From: Selaginella moellendorffii
Taxonomy: Eukaryota; Plantae; Lycopodiophyta
Length of the DNA stretch: 64,000 nt
NCBI RefSeq assembly: GCF_000143415.4
Contig: NW_003314315.1
Location: forward strand, 682,001 to 746,000
Direction: 5' to 3'
The notes under the pieces are model-generated. The model worked only from the letters and a program-made list of their open reading frames with translations, was not told the origin of the DNA and made no database searches. Position numbers and translations under genes: made by a program. Shown piece by piece: positions 51,207-64,000 of the stretch; positions within the stretch are counted from its first letter, which is position 1; every line of letters begins with the position of its first letter.

Positions 51207-53900
51207 TATGGTATAGGGTAGTGTTGGACAAGGCATAATCCATCTAGAATGTTGTAAAAAACCAAAGAAAACAGTTTGAAAAATGATTTATAGGATTCAA
51301 ATATAAAGGGAAAAGACCTATGAATAAGAGTGCACCTCTTTTCCAATAAATCAAGGGTCTTGGGATACTTAGGGTTAAATGTCCTTGTAATACTAGGTTG
51401 GGTGACTTTTCAAGAAGTCCAAATTCAGGAATTTAAAAGTTTTGGATTCGGCTTTATTGGTTGGCTAAAGAAATCACACCACATATTGATTAACATCTAG
51501 CAAGTCTAGTGTGCTTCAGCTGGACTCGACCTAAAGGGTAAGGTGAAAGACAATCCATAGGGTTCAAATATAGAGGGAAAATTTCCCTGATGTTTGAGGC
51601 AGCACAGCCTGGGATGGGAGGTAACTGGGTAAAAATCGTTTTCCTAGTTTGTGTGCTCATGGAAATTTTTTTGTGATGTTTGGGCGTGGCCGAGGGGGCT
51701 GGAGCAACAGCTGTTTTTCCCTTTGCTCCTGGAAAACTTGCGAGGGATTGTCTATATTGATGTCTCGATCTTGAGTGTGTGAGAAGTATACATGAGAAGT
51801 TTATATAGCCTTATAAGTGAACATAAGAATCTCCAAGGCATTATGAGACATAAAATCCCTAGGCCCCAAAGAGGAGCTACCATGGGGTAGTGGCTGAGGC
51901 GGAAGCCAAATGGGAGTAACACATATGGACTAAAAACTCTAACTCGAAAGGTCAAGAGCAGGAGTGGAACTCCCAATAAAGTGCTCGAGGAACGAGCACA
52001 AAATGAGCAATAGGTGAGTCTCTAGAAAAGGGACACAAAAGGACAAACACAAGACTTGAGATGGAGTCCGAGATGGGCCTGAGATGAAGTCTGAGATGGA
52101 GTCCAAGATGGACTCGAGATGGACCCGAGATGGAGTCTGAGATGGAACTGAGATCGAGACCGGGACCGAGATTGAGACTGAGACCAAGACCGAGTCCGAA
52201 ACCAAGACTGAGACCAAGTCCAAGTCCGAATACTAATCGAATACTCGTATAGGCTGTTGGGTGAAATACCAAAGCGATCATCCCCCAGGGGGGAGGGGGG
52301 TTGCAGAGGGTTCCAAAAGTATAGTATGGAGAGTGTGAGGGTTAGACCCTAGTGGAGCTAATTTGGCCAGAAAAGGCTAATTTGGCCCAGAAAGGCTATA
52401 CCCAAGTGTTGGGTGATGGAATGACCATTGGGAAGTCTAAAGTTAAAGTGAATATAAACCGACAAGAAGGGTATCTTGGTGAGGTGTTCAAGAGCCAACT
52501 CTAGTTCCCCCGAGAGATCAAATGGTCAATACTCCCAGTCCAAGCGTGGGTGGCACTACCTACTTGGATACCTAGTGTGGCTCAACGGAACCTTGCTCTA
52601 AGCCCATGGCTAGAGCACCCAAAAGCAGAAGGCGAGGAGAGTACCCATGAGGCTCGCGTAGGGCCACAGTATTCTGAAATGTTGTCCTAAAGTCCCATAT
52701 TATAGAAAGGAAGAGGGGCAATCTTCTGGTGTAATGACCAAAGTTACAGTCACATAGTGTGGAAATCCTAAGGGATAGTGGGACTTGGTGGTCGGGCCTG
52801 TGGGCCTTGACCCAGTGGCAGTGTCAGCGAACATGGCCATGGACAGGAAGGGACTTGGTGGGGACTGAAAAAGGGATATTGGGGAAGGTTGTTCCCCATT
52901 CTACAGAAATCTTAAAGATGCTAAAGAGTGGATCTAGGATGACCATTCATGGACAGATGGCCCAATCTTTGAGAGACGGGATTGTGATGCAAGTGGTGTT
53001 GGACCACTAGTGTGGCAAAGGTGAATGGGCATGGCCTTAGTGTAATAAGCTGATATGTTAATGGTATCTCTGGGTGTCAATCATGGGATTAGACATGTGG
53101 AGCACTTGGACCAAGTGTAAAAGTTGAGTGGTAGGGATGCCATCCTCAAGGCTAGCCAGCCCAAGTCCGAAATAGAACTTATAAAAGTTGTGAGTGAGAT
53201 TCCTCCAAGTGGTCAGAAGTGTGGCTAAGTAACTAAAGTAGAATGAAAAATTTAGTCACTTACAGGCATCTTGTGATAACATGACAACTGTAATAACATA
53301 GTTGAAAACTAAGATCCTTAGGTAGTATGGAATGGAAGATGTAAAGGACAAGGATATGATGGATATAATAGTAGAAGATTCTTAATTGAAATGGCTTATA
53401 AAGAACTTTTTTCTACATTAGGTTCTTAATGAGAATGTAATGTCATGTTGGTAGGAGTGGCAACACATTCTCAGCCAAGCAAGTATTGTGGAGGCTTAAT
53501 ATGAAGCTCTTTTCTATAATTGAGGTATCAATGTTGTGGTGGGATCCAAATGTCTTTTACTTTTACCTTTGTTTCTATCATTTTTGTCTTTCCATTACTT
53601 TTTACTACATTTCCTTTTTATTCTTCTATTCCTTTAAATCCCTTGTACAGTCTTTGTGTTGTGGTGGTTAATTGCTTGAAGCAAGAGTATGCTACTCTTC
53701 AACCCTAAATTATTGTTTGGGGCCAAAATTACAGATGCTTGTCTGATCAACATTCTTATTTGGCATTAGTCACCAAAGAAGATCAAGATTTTATAAGCAA
53801 ATATTTAGTAGATGTTAGAGAAAGCTGTTATCTAAAAGTTTTAGAGTCATTAGGCATATAAACCTCATTTTATGATGAAGCTTAATAGAAGTATTTATTT
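51207..53900. mobile_element. Unclassified repeat (family F, probably LTR) hosting a solo LTR-A; boundaries approximate
   Basis: Interrupts the old E relative; 51290-51430 is homologous to 62515-62665. Confidence 0.45.
51842..53264 (+). mobile_element. Solo LTR family A, TSD GGCAT
   Basis: tatgagaca...cacttaca flanked by ggcat/ggcat. Confidence 0.93.
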
Positions 53901-54168
53901 CTACATCAACTATCATTTATGAAATGATATGACAATTCCAAATATGTACCCTCTTCCCCACACTGATAATTTTCTAAACCATTTTAGGTGAAGTCATTAG
54001 TTCACCAACTTGAATCTTGCTTATTGGTATTGGCAAGTTCTAATGGCTAAAGAGGATATTCCCAAGACTATTTTCTATATATCATTGGTTTATACAAGTT
54101 CTTGATGATGCCATATAAATTGAGTAATACTTCAACAACTTTTCAACAAATAATAGAGAAGGTTCTTT

Positions 54169-54456
54169 ATGCTTTATTTCGTTAAAGTGGGACTTATTCA
54201 GTAAAGTGGGACATTAATTAGCATGTGTCCACATGCCATTTCCTAGTACTTAATTAATATTTATTAATATTTCTATCAGTTTTTTAATTTATTTTTTTAT
54301 ATTTCACAATATTATAACACAAAATCATATGAAAAGTTTTTAATTTATAAATTATAAAGTTAAAACTTCAATTTTTTATTGTTGTTATAAAAATGGCATG
54401 TGGCCACACACCATAAATGGGATAATGAAAAGTCCCACTTTAACGAAATAAAGCAT
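54169..54456 (+). mobile_element. MITE copy 3, TSD CTTT
   Basis: TIRs; cttt/cttt; empty site in E RT (~40180-40200). Confidence 0.95.
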
Positions 54457-55791
54457 CTTTGCAATATATTAGAGATGACTACTAACTCTATCGATGATGT
54501 CTTGATCCACTCTAAGGGGATGTGGGAGAAGGTTACCTATAATATTCACAAAGTGTTAGATCAAATGTAGAAAGTTGGATTGAAGTTGAAGTGGTCAAAA
54601 TGTGCATTTAGATCGAAAGACATGATTTATCTTAGGTATTGCATTTCTTATAAAGGTTTGCAAGTTAATCATGACAAACTTATGACTATTCTAAAGTTTT
54701 CTACTTCAAAGTGTATGAATGATGTGCAATGCTTTTTTGGCAAGATGCAACATCTTGGTCATTTTATTGATCACCTTTTTTATCATACTACACCATTATA
54801 AGTATTAAAGTGGTGTTGACAACTTCTCCAGTTTTAGTGTACCTTGATTACACTTGATATTTCATCCTATGTATGAATGTTTTTTATATTAATCTTAAAA
54901 GTGTGTTAATACAAAAGAGCACAAGTGTATTTAGTCAATATTATCCTATTATATACATCAATCATACTTTACAATTAGCAAAAGTGAATTACTCCATAAT
55001 AGAAAATAAGTGTCTAGTAGCAGTTTAGGGTTTTGAAAAGCTTCATATATACTTCTATAGTTCTCAAATATTGTTAGAAGGTGATTATATTGTGGTTACT
55101 TCATTATTGAAGTGAAAAAACTTGGTTAGTTATATGGCTTAAAGTGATGAACAACCTCAAAGTCATATATTTGATCTTCTCCCTTCTTTATTCTTTTATT
55201 GTGTTTTTAACAAACCTATTATTCTAGCATTAATTGATTTTTTGGATGAGGATTCTATGCCATTGGCAATTGTTATACTTGATATTTAATATCCGCAAGG
55301 TGTGAAGCTAAATTTACCTTTTCTTCGTGAAGTTCATGAGGCTCAAAAGTTGAGTCATGGATCTGAAGGCTTTATAATGGGTTAAGAATCTTGCATTACT
55401 TGTTGATAATTTGCTATTTTGACATTTACATTGACCTTTATTTTTTAGGGATTGATCTTAATAACCATTTACAATTGATGATGCTTTTGATTTTTATTCC
55501 ATGTTTTCTCCACATTTACTATAACTTATTGCATCTTTGGTTAATTGAAAGACCTATGCAGCTTTTTAATCAAACTCATATGCTCATACAGAAAAAGGAT
55601 GATATTATATGATATATGTATAGCTATGTTTGGTATTAAGCTCGTACTACTTTCCCTTATGGTATAGAAGGATGGTTAAAGTTAATTGCACTTTCCATCC
55701 ATTTAAGTGGAGTTTAATCTAATAGGGCCTTTTCCACAATTAATTGAGCAATAAATATGTCATTATTGCTTTCGAGTACTTGACTTGGTGG

Positions 55792-57520
55792 TGTAAGCAA
55801 TTAATTTTTCCATTCCACTTTAGCCACTTAACCACACCTTTGACCATTTGGATAAGTCTCACTCATGAACTCCATAAGTTTTACTCCTGACTTGGAGACA
55901 TATTAACCCCGTGAATAGCATCTATGCCACTCAGCCTTTATGCTTTATTTCGTTAAAGTGGGACTTTTCATTATCCCACTTATGGTGTGTGGCCACATGC
56001 CATTTTTATAACAACAATAAAAAATTGAAGTTTTAACTTTATAATTTATAAATTAAAAACTTTTCATATGATTTTGTGTTATAATATTGTGAAATATAAA
56101 AAAATAAATTAAAAAACTGATAGAAATATTAATAAATATTAATTAAGTACTAGGAAATGGCATGTGGACACATGCTAATTAATGTCCCACTTTACTGAAT
56201 AAGTCCCACTTTAACGAAATAAAGCATCTTTGCACTTGGTTCCAAGTGTTCCATTAGTCTGATTCTATGACTGACATCCAAAGGTACTACCAACATATTA
56301 GCCCATTACATTAAAGCCATGCCCATTCACCTTTATAAAATCAATAGTCTAAAACCACTTGTATCACAGTTCTGTCTCTCAGAGATTGGGCCATCCATCC
56401 ATGAGTGGTCATCTCTTAACCACACCTTAACACCCTTAGAATGTTTGGAGACATGGGGAACACTCTTCTCCAATGTCCTTTATTCTGTCCCCACCAAGTC
56501 TCTCTTCATTCATAGCCATGCTCACCAACACTGCCACTAGATCAAGGCCCAAAGGCCTGACTACTAAATCCTATTGTACTTTAGGATTTCCTCACCATGC
56601 AACTGTATCCTTAGTTATTACACCAAAGGATTGCTCCTCTTCCTTTCTATAGTCTGGGATTTTAAGATGATATTTTGAAACATTGTGGCCCTACATGAGC
56701 CTTGTGGGTACTCTCCCCATCTTCTGCCCTTAGATGCTCTAGCCATGTGAATAGAGTGAAGTTCCGATGAGCCACGCCAAGTATCAAAGTAAGTAGTGCC
56801 ATCCACACTTGAATTGGGAGCATCAATCATTTGATCTCCCGGGAAAGCTAGAGCCAGCTCTTGAATACTTCACCAAGCTACCCCACTTGTTTGTCTATAT
56901 TCATTTTAACCTTGGACTCCTTAGTGGTTATATCATCACCCAACACATGAGTATAACCTTTCTTGGTCACACTAGCCTTTTCTGGCCAAATTGGCTCCAT
57001 TGGAGTCCTCCCCTTACTATACTTTTGGAGCTCACCAAACCTCCTAAGGTTTGGGAGACGATCACTTTGGGCTTTCACTCTTAGACTTGGACTCAATCTC
57101 GGTCTTGGTCTTGGCCTCGGTCTTGGTCTCGATCTTAGTCTCAGACTCCATCTCAAACCTATTTGGGACTTGACCTCGAACTCCATCCTAGATCCATCTT
57201 GAACTTGACCTTGGACTCCATCTTGGGTCCATCTCAGACTCCATCTTGAGTCCATCTTAGATCTATCTCGAACTCCATCTTGAGTCCATCTTAGGTCTAT
57301 CTTGGACTCCATCTCAGGCTCCATCTCAAGCTTCATCTCAAACTCCATCTCTTGTCCATTTTGAACTCTATCTCAAGTCCATCTCAAACTCCATCTTAGA
57401 GTCCATCTCAAACTCCATCTTGGACTTGTTCCTGACATTTCCATATGTCACGACACTTGCCATATGTTAGTCCTTATATCCCTTTTTAGAGACTCATTCA
57501 CCGATTGTTTTGTGCTCATT
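55792..57520 (-). mobile_element. Truncated, diverged LTR family A
   Basis: Starts tgtaagcaatta; colinear with 12089-13700. Confidence 0.88.
55940..56227 (-). mobile_element. MITE copy 4, TSD CTTT
   Basis: TIRs; cttt/cttt; empty site in other LTR-A copies (e.g. 63030-63050). Confidence 0.95.
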
Positions 57521-57805
57521 TATTGCAAATGTGACTTTAGGGGGCTGGGTAGTTTTTGAGTTGAGGTCAAGTCAATGAAAGTTAACAAAAGTCAAAGGAA
57601 GTCAATACAATCCCCTAACTAGTGAAAGTTTAATGGCACTACCTTAGTTCGTCCCGAACCAAGAATTTTTAACATAAAATCTAGGTGTTTAAGGTATTCC
57701 ATAAGCTCATGTAGATTATTGGTTCGACATGAATTAATCTTTTAGTCTACAAAGAAAGAAAATTATATATTAAACAATATAATTTATATTAAAATCAGAA
57801 TATAT

Positions 57806-59598
57806 TCAATCTTCTTCTGCTTCCATATCTAGAAAAGCAGAAATGGGTATAGTGGAATACTCCTTTACTATAGGCTCGTGTTGTATGTAATGTTGTGCCA
57901 TACGTTCAACATAAATAGGTAAGTGGAATTGACTTCTGTCCATATAATCATTCATATCATCAAGATCAAGTGTGTGGACTAAAACACTGTGTGTGATAAG
58001 TGTAGACATAATGACATAGAAACATTTGAGAATAAATATTATAGATTATTTCAAGCACTAACATCACCTGTCGCAAAATCTCCTAAGAATGTCCTTAAAG
58101 GCACCCTCCTTCTCAAGTGCAAAAACAGCTCGGCTTGTCTCTTTCACTGCCTGCACCATTAACCCAAATCCTACTATAGCATCAAGCACAATCCCCTTTG
58201 GGGGACAGAATAACTCCAACAAGATTTGCATAGCCATGGCTGAACGATGTCAATAGCTAGGGAACGCTGGGTGAAGAATGTCCAAGTCAATCACATTTGG
58301 GATGATGTTTGTAGAGTTGTCATATCCTGGTAAAGCAAGAGTAGCATGCTCGTTAGCTCATGTGGCATTACACCGGTTCCCAATGTGGCATAGAGTATGG
58401 TAGTTCCAGGAATAAACCTGGAAAAAAAATAGAATAGAGTTAATTTGTAAATAAAAAAGTCACAGACCTTTCACTTCTACCCACTAGTGCCTTTTGTGTC
58501 CACCGCCATACTCAAAAGAAGGCAGCCAAATGAAAACTTGACAAATCCATCATTGTTGTCAGCCAAGTATGTGAGAAGGCTGTCCCACATTAGAGAGTGG
58601 GGAAGGATCATGACAACCACATCCTCGTATGTCATAAAGCTGCTCGCTGTAGTGCACCTGAATTTGGAGCCGAACTCCAAGCCCGTTGCGCTACGAACGA
58701 GGGTTCGGTACAATCCCACGAGCACTAGCTCCCCGTATCCAGCACCTGCACGAAAAATGGTGTCAGACGGAGTCTGGCACAATTTTGGCATACCGGTGGC
58801 CTAATGCGAGAAGGAGGGTACTCCACTGACTAGAGCAACATGGAGCTTGGGCTTAAACCCAAGCCGGACGCAGAACAAGGAGCGACACAGCCCAGCGGGA
58901 GCCAAACTAATGTCTCAGGTGGTCGGACATGCATTCCAACCACTATCCCTACTATACATTTGGAACCCCCCACAGCCCCCCCCCCCTTGAGGAACACACG
59001 CTTTGGGCTTTCACCCCAAGCCACCCTTAGTACCAGGAGTTAGTCTCTGGGACAACCTCGAAACTTACTAAATATGGAATGGCCTTAGATTGCGAATTTG
59101 GACACGGGACAAACATCATTGTGTTCAGGCCGACCTCTACATTCCGTAGATATGCTAAATAAGCAAATCTAAACACTTTCCATAAATAGCATTTGAGACC
59201 AAAATGAGACTAACACAAAGGGTGTGATAGCGAGGGTGTTTGGCAAACACGGTAAACTATCATCCAGAGATATTGAGGGACTAGTCTCAATATGCGAGGG
59301 TTCTTGCCAAGCCAGTGCAAGACAGAGCAAAAGAGAACTAACAAGCCAGGCCAAGTATGCTTGGCTAAATAGACACTTAGGAATTCCTTCCTTATGCTCA
59401 TCCGGCCAAGTACAGATGCCAAGTCCAGTTTACTAACACTTGGACAAGAGGGGCTAATAAAGGGAACCAGCAGTACCGACCTCCTGCTGTCGTGGCAGTA
59501 AGGAAAATGTGTCCGTAAGGACTGGCCGACAAGTATCTTTCGATACCCGAAGTCACATTTGCGACACTCGCAACCTTTAAGGCTTGGGAAATGTGTTG
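57806..59598 (-). pseudogene. 3' part of the ParB-like/amino-methyltransferase gene (SAM-binding motif I), interrupted by solo LTR-C
   Basis: QHISQALKVA|SSFMTYEDVVVMILP... reads through after removing the LTR and one TSD copy. HRSAMAMQILLELFCPPKGIVLDAIVGFGLMVQAVKETSRAVFALEKE (~58250-58108) resembles the N6_N4_Mtase C-terminus. Ends FLDMEAEED* at 57806. Confidence 0.72.
58648..59566 (-). mobile_element. Solo LTR family C (919 bp), TSD CTCGC
   Basis: tgtagtgcacc...tttgcgaca flanked by ctcgc/ctcgc. Confidence 0.93.
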
Positions 59599-59840
59599 AC
59601 CCGACCTCGGACTTGACATCGGACTCGGTCTCGGACCCGATCTCGGATCTCGAACTCGGTCTCGAACTCGGTCTCCGAGTCGGCCTCAGACTCAATCCTG
59701 GACTCTATCTTGAACTCGGTCTCAAAGTCGGTCTTGGACTCGATCTCAGACTCGGTCCCATCCGATGAATTCTTTGTCATTTTAGTCATGCTTTCGGGGA
59801 TCCTTTAGCCTACAACACCTCGGGGAGTTGGTTCCTTACA
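59599..59840 (-). mobile_element. Displaced 5' end of the 5' LTR of element B
   Basis: Reverse complement starts tgtaaggaaccaactcc, matching 23672 onward; adjacent TSD accac. Confidence 0.9.
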
Positions 59841-62800
59841 ACCACGTCCTTGGTGCCACTTGCACCAAAGTGTTCAAGTTAGATATGCCGAGCCACACTA
59901 AGCAATCTAACCGTGCATCATGACTTCAGGGCATCTCCCATTTGGCGGTGTGCCCAAGTCAAACTCCTTCCTAAGAGTCCATGACCACCAAAAAATAAGT
60001 GTCCTCATATTCCAAACCATCACCATGCCCTAGTGAGTTGGGACTCGAATCTATGCACTAAAGGGTTGGGACTTAAACCCATCCTCCGTATATGCATCTA
60101 TGGATAGCATCACCCAGAATGCCTAGCATGACTCCCCATACTGGTGCATCAATTTATACTTAAAGCACATTATAGATCATAGTTTAGGAATCTAGTTCCT
60201 CTGCACTACCAAGTCCTCTCACTTGACAAGTCTGTGATCATATATAAACTCCTCCATGCTTGGCCCCATGAGCCACCCCTTTTAAAGTTAGCACCTTCAA
60301 CTAGAAAATTTGTTCCTCTGACTTGCCAATCTCGCTTAGTAAGTCACAACCAATGTAACATGCATAAGCATGAAAGTCCTTAACCATCAACTTTTGTTCA
60401 AATCCATCCCTTTGAACACTCAGAAACTACTTCCCTAACCTTGATAGCCTTGCCTTATAACAAGCTTTAAAACCATGTTTCTGCTATGCCACTCTAATTT
60501 TGCACATTCTATAAACCATTTACACTTGGTTTTCTAAGTACTAAACTACTTAGAATTGTCTTTGGGAACTTTGAAGGAACTTTGTCCCTTTGCTTGCTAA
60601 GGCCTCTCATTTCGCAAACTTTCTAATTGTCATATGGTCTAACATGGACAATTCCATGTTTTAGACTCTCCGTGGCATCATGGTTATTAGTAGTAATTTG
60701 TTCGAGCACGCATTTGATTCTCTACTCCTAACTTGCATAATCACCTTTGGTTATGCCCTTCAATTTTTATGGTTCGGTTCTATCCCTTTACTACTTACTT
60801 TTGGCCTCACATATTTCCTTCGGTTATTCTCCTTCAGTCTAGGAGGATAATTTTGCACTTTCTACCATATCTTAGCAAGTATTCTTAGGGATGAACTTAC
60901 CCAATAGCCTAGGGAGTGGTTCCTCAATCTGAGTATGCTCACCTTGTAATCCCACACACTAGGATTAATATTGCTACTTATGGGCTTTTATATACCTATC
61001 ACTAGCCTTGCCAAAATCTCTTTTTAGCTTTGTCCAATTCGGATAAATGGACTTCTCTCGTCTCCACAAACTTGGATGTTGGATAGCACCTTTTATCCAT
61101 CATTTGTTAGGGACTTAATCCCTTGAGCCTTATCAAATGCCCTCATGATACCAAACACCACTTCCTGGTGTTTTAGAGTGTTTGGGTTTCCTAATGATGG
61201 CTTTCTTTAATAATAAACATTCCCTTTATAACATTGACTTACTGTATCGCAACATAAGTAATTCATCCCTCATAAGGGTATGTCTAACTTCCTTATCCCA
61301 ATAAGAAGTCTTGGGTAGTTACTTTCTACCAATTTAATTAATTATTTTACACCTTTTGTGTAGTTGCCTCATAGTTCTCAAGTCCTACCACTCATTGTTG
61401 GTGCTTCTATACCTCCATTGTTATTTGGGTCACCATACTCCAACTGCATGCCTTCCAACTTATGCTATGCCATTCCCATTTCCATTAGGATTCCTTTAGG
61501 AAGGGTTCTCATAAACTTGCCAACTTGACCTCAAGGCATTATGCCTTAGCACATTCAATGTCTTTACACCATCGGCTCCACGAGCCTACGTTTATGACAC
61601 TTCTTACTTGTGTCTAGGTCTTTGGTAAGAATAATATAGTTGTTTCTCATGCCAACTAACCATTAGCATTACACTATAGTGTTTACACACAGCTTTGTGT
61701 TAAAGTTGTTTTCTTTTGGGAATACCTTTCCCATGACTTTAATATCGCATATTCTACCATCAATGAGATACCTATTATTCTCATGCTTAGACCTTATGAT
61801 CCTCCTCATCTTTCGTGGGGCACAACACACTTTAGTCCAAATACTTTTACCAATCTCTTAGGACCATTCCTTGACTTTACTTGAGTCATCCAGCATCTTT
61901 GGACTTTGCTAATCCAATAACCCCTAAGGTCCTATTTTTTTGAGGTGCTAGTTCGCTAGAATACAACTTCTTGTATTCATGTCTTACTCATAAGGACCAT
62001 CTTCGCAGGTGTTACTCCAACACTTAATTATTTTCCATTCCCTATAAGCTATCTTTGCCCCTTAAAACTATTCGTCCCTATGATGAGAATACCGACTCAT
62101 CCTCTAAGTACACACTTAACTCCTTGGGTTTATTCTAGCATTTATAAAAGGTAGCCCTGACTACCATTTCAAGGACTTGTGTCCTCATCCATATTTGACC
62201 TCTCACGGTTATTTTCAAATTCATGAGCACTAACCTTAATTATATGAGGATAATCTTGTGACTCCTTTATTGTTTTGGAGTCTTTATCTTTCCCGTGATC
62301 CCAATTATAGTTGTTTACCACAACTATATCAGCTAGTTTTCTTAGTTAAACGCTCATCCTCAACTCTCTAAGGAAAACCCTATATTGTTCTTAAGATCCA
62401 AAATCATTTAATTATTGGCCTTTTTCTATCCACCAAAGCAACCAAAGAGAACGACTTGAGAGACGACCAAAGATCAACCAAAGAGAACCAAAGAGAACGA
62501 CTTGAGAGACGATCCATAGGGTTCAAATATAGAAGGTAAGGGCCCATGAATAAGAGTGCACCCCTTTTTCCAATTGGTTAAAAGTCTTGGGATATTTGGG
62601 GTTAAGCATCCTTGGATTTGAATAGTATTGGGCTAAGTGACCTCCTAGGAAGTCCAAATTCAAGAGCTTACACTCACCTATAAGTTCACACATGAACTGT
62701 AGTGAAGAGCCATGTCTTCCCGACTTACTACTCTTCAAGGATAGGCCCACTTCTAGGACCTTCTGATGCCATGTCTTCCTGACTTACTACTCTTCAAGGA

Positions 62801-63888
62801 TAAGCCCACTCCTAGGACCTTCCGATGCCAACATTAGTGGTGATATATTTAAACACCAATAAAAGTCAAACTAAGGAACAGCTCCAATACCAAATTGTAA
62901 GCGACTAATTTTTCCATTCTAGTTTAGTCATTTAACCACACCTCCAACCACTTGGAGGAGTCTCATTCACAACCTCCATAAGTCCAATTCAGGACTTGGG
63001 GCTTGCTAGCCTCAAGGATGGCATCCATGCCACTCAACCCTTGCACTAGGTCCAAGTGCTCCACGTGTCCAATCCCATGACCGACACCCCAAAGTACCAT
63101 CGACATATCAACCCGTTATGCTAAGGCCATGCCCATTCACCTTGGTCACACCAGTGGTCCAACACCACCTACATCACAATCCCGTTTCTAAAAGACTGGG
63201 CCATCCGTCCATGAGTGATCATCCTAGATCCACTCCTTAGCATCCTTAGAATGCCCATAGACATGGGGAATAGCCTTCCCTAATATCCTTTTTACAGTCC
63301 CCACCAAGTCCCTTTTCTATCCATGGCTGTGTTCACTAACACTGCCACACCCCCTCTGCCCTGGGGGACGATCACTTTGGGCTTTCACCCAACAGCCTGT
63401 ATTAGTATTCATTAGTATTCAGACTCAATCTCGGTTCCATCTCGGACTCCATCTCGAGTTCATCTTGGGTCCATCTCGGACTCCATCTTTGACTCCATCT
63501 CGGGTCCGTCTCAGACTCCATCTCGGGTCCATCTCAGACTCCATCTTAGACTCCATCTCAAACTCCATCTCAAGTCCATCTCGGACTCCATCTTGGACTC
63601 CATCTCAGACTCCATCTCAAACTCTATCTCGGGTCTATTTTGGACTCCATCTCAGGTCTTCCACGTGTCGTGTGTTAGTCCTCTTGTGTCCCTTTTCTAG
63701 AGACTCACTTACTACTTGCTTCGTGCTTGTTCTTCGAGCCCTTCATTGGGAGTTCCACTCTCGCTCTCAATTTTTCAAGTTAGAGCTTTTAGTCCAAATG
63801 TGTTATGCTCATTTGGCTTTCGCTTTGGCCACTACCACGTGGCACCCTTTCAGCTCCACTTTGGGGCCTAAGTATTTTATGTCTCACA
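59841..63888 (-). mobile_element. 5' half of the older family-A element (5' LTR 62896-63888, internally deleted, plus interior)
   Basis: Reverse-complement colinear with 23809-28352; PBS tggtattggagc at 62881-62892; outer flank acaat (reverse complement of 63889-63893). Confidence 0.9.
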
Positions 63889-64000
63889 ATTGTCTTCATC
63901 CTAGCAAAAGATGTTGAGAGTTAATAAGTGAAAAATATTATAAAAAATTAAATCACTTACACTAAGGAGTGGGTTATCCATTACCTCATCTTTGTCTTGA

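Larger units (their letters stand above)
49545..55790 (+). mobile_element. Ancient, heavily C>T/G>A-decayed relative of gypsy E with nested insertions
   Basis: 49545-51200 aligns to gag-PR of E (reverse complement); 53920-55790 aligns to RT-RH-INT (YPLPHT, KWSKCAF, KCMNDVQCFFGK). Confidence 0.85.

Noticed and set aside
32119-59600. Smaller inversion by recombination between inverted LTRs, or scaffold mis-orientation at the gaps
   Set aside because: Does not explain the split 5' LTR of B or the split MTase gene; the 16795/59598 breakpoints explain all junctions and are not at gaps.

Overview
Eukaryotic, repeat-dense DNA from a non-seed land plant. The ~50-bp introns, Ty3/gypsy load and N gaps suggest a Selaginella-type lycophyte (inference). 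Most of the window is nested LTR retrotransposons: a gypsy element 'B', its non-coding partner family 'A', a short-LTR gypsy 'E', solo LTRs and a tandem TRIM. It also holds four copies of a 288-bp MITE with 4-bp TSDs, a 25S/26S rDNA fragment, decayed host genes (bulb-type lectin x2, NYN/LOTUS-like, kinase, FPP synthase) and one apparently intact Pro/His-rich membrane-protein gene. Three things stand out. (1) A ~42.8-kb inversion (~16795-59598) can be reconstructed from split TSDs, a split LTR and a split gene. (2) Undoing it restores an intron-containing gene for a ParB-like domain fused to a beta-class N6A/N4C DNA methyltransferase. This gene lies head-to-head with a MULE-like DDE/SWIM transposase, with six palindromic repeats between them, so it may be a methyltransferase-carrying DNA transposon (decayed in this copy). 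(3) The integrase of gypsy B is interrupted by two canonical spliceosomal introns. Family labels A-F are my own, and all domain calls are by eye without database searches.
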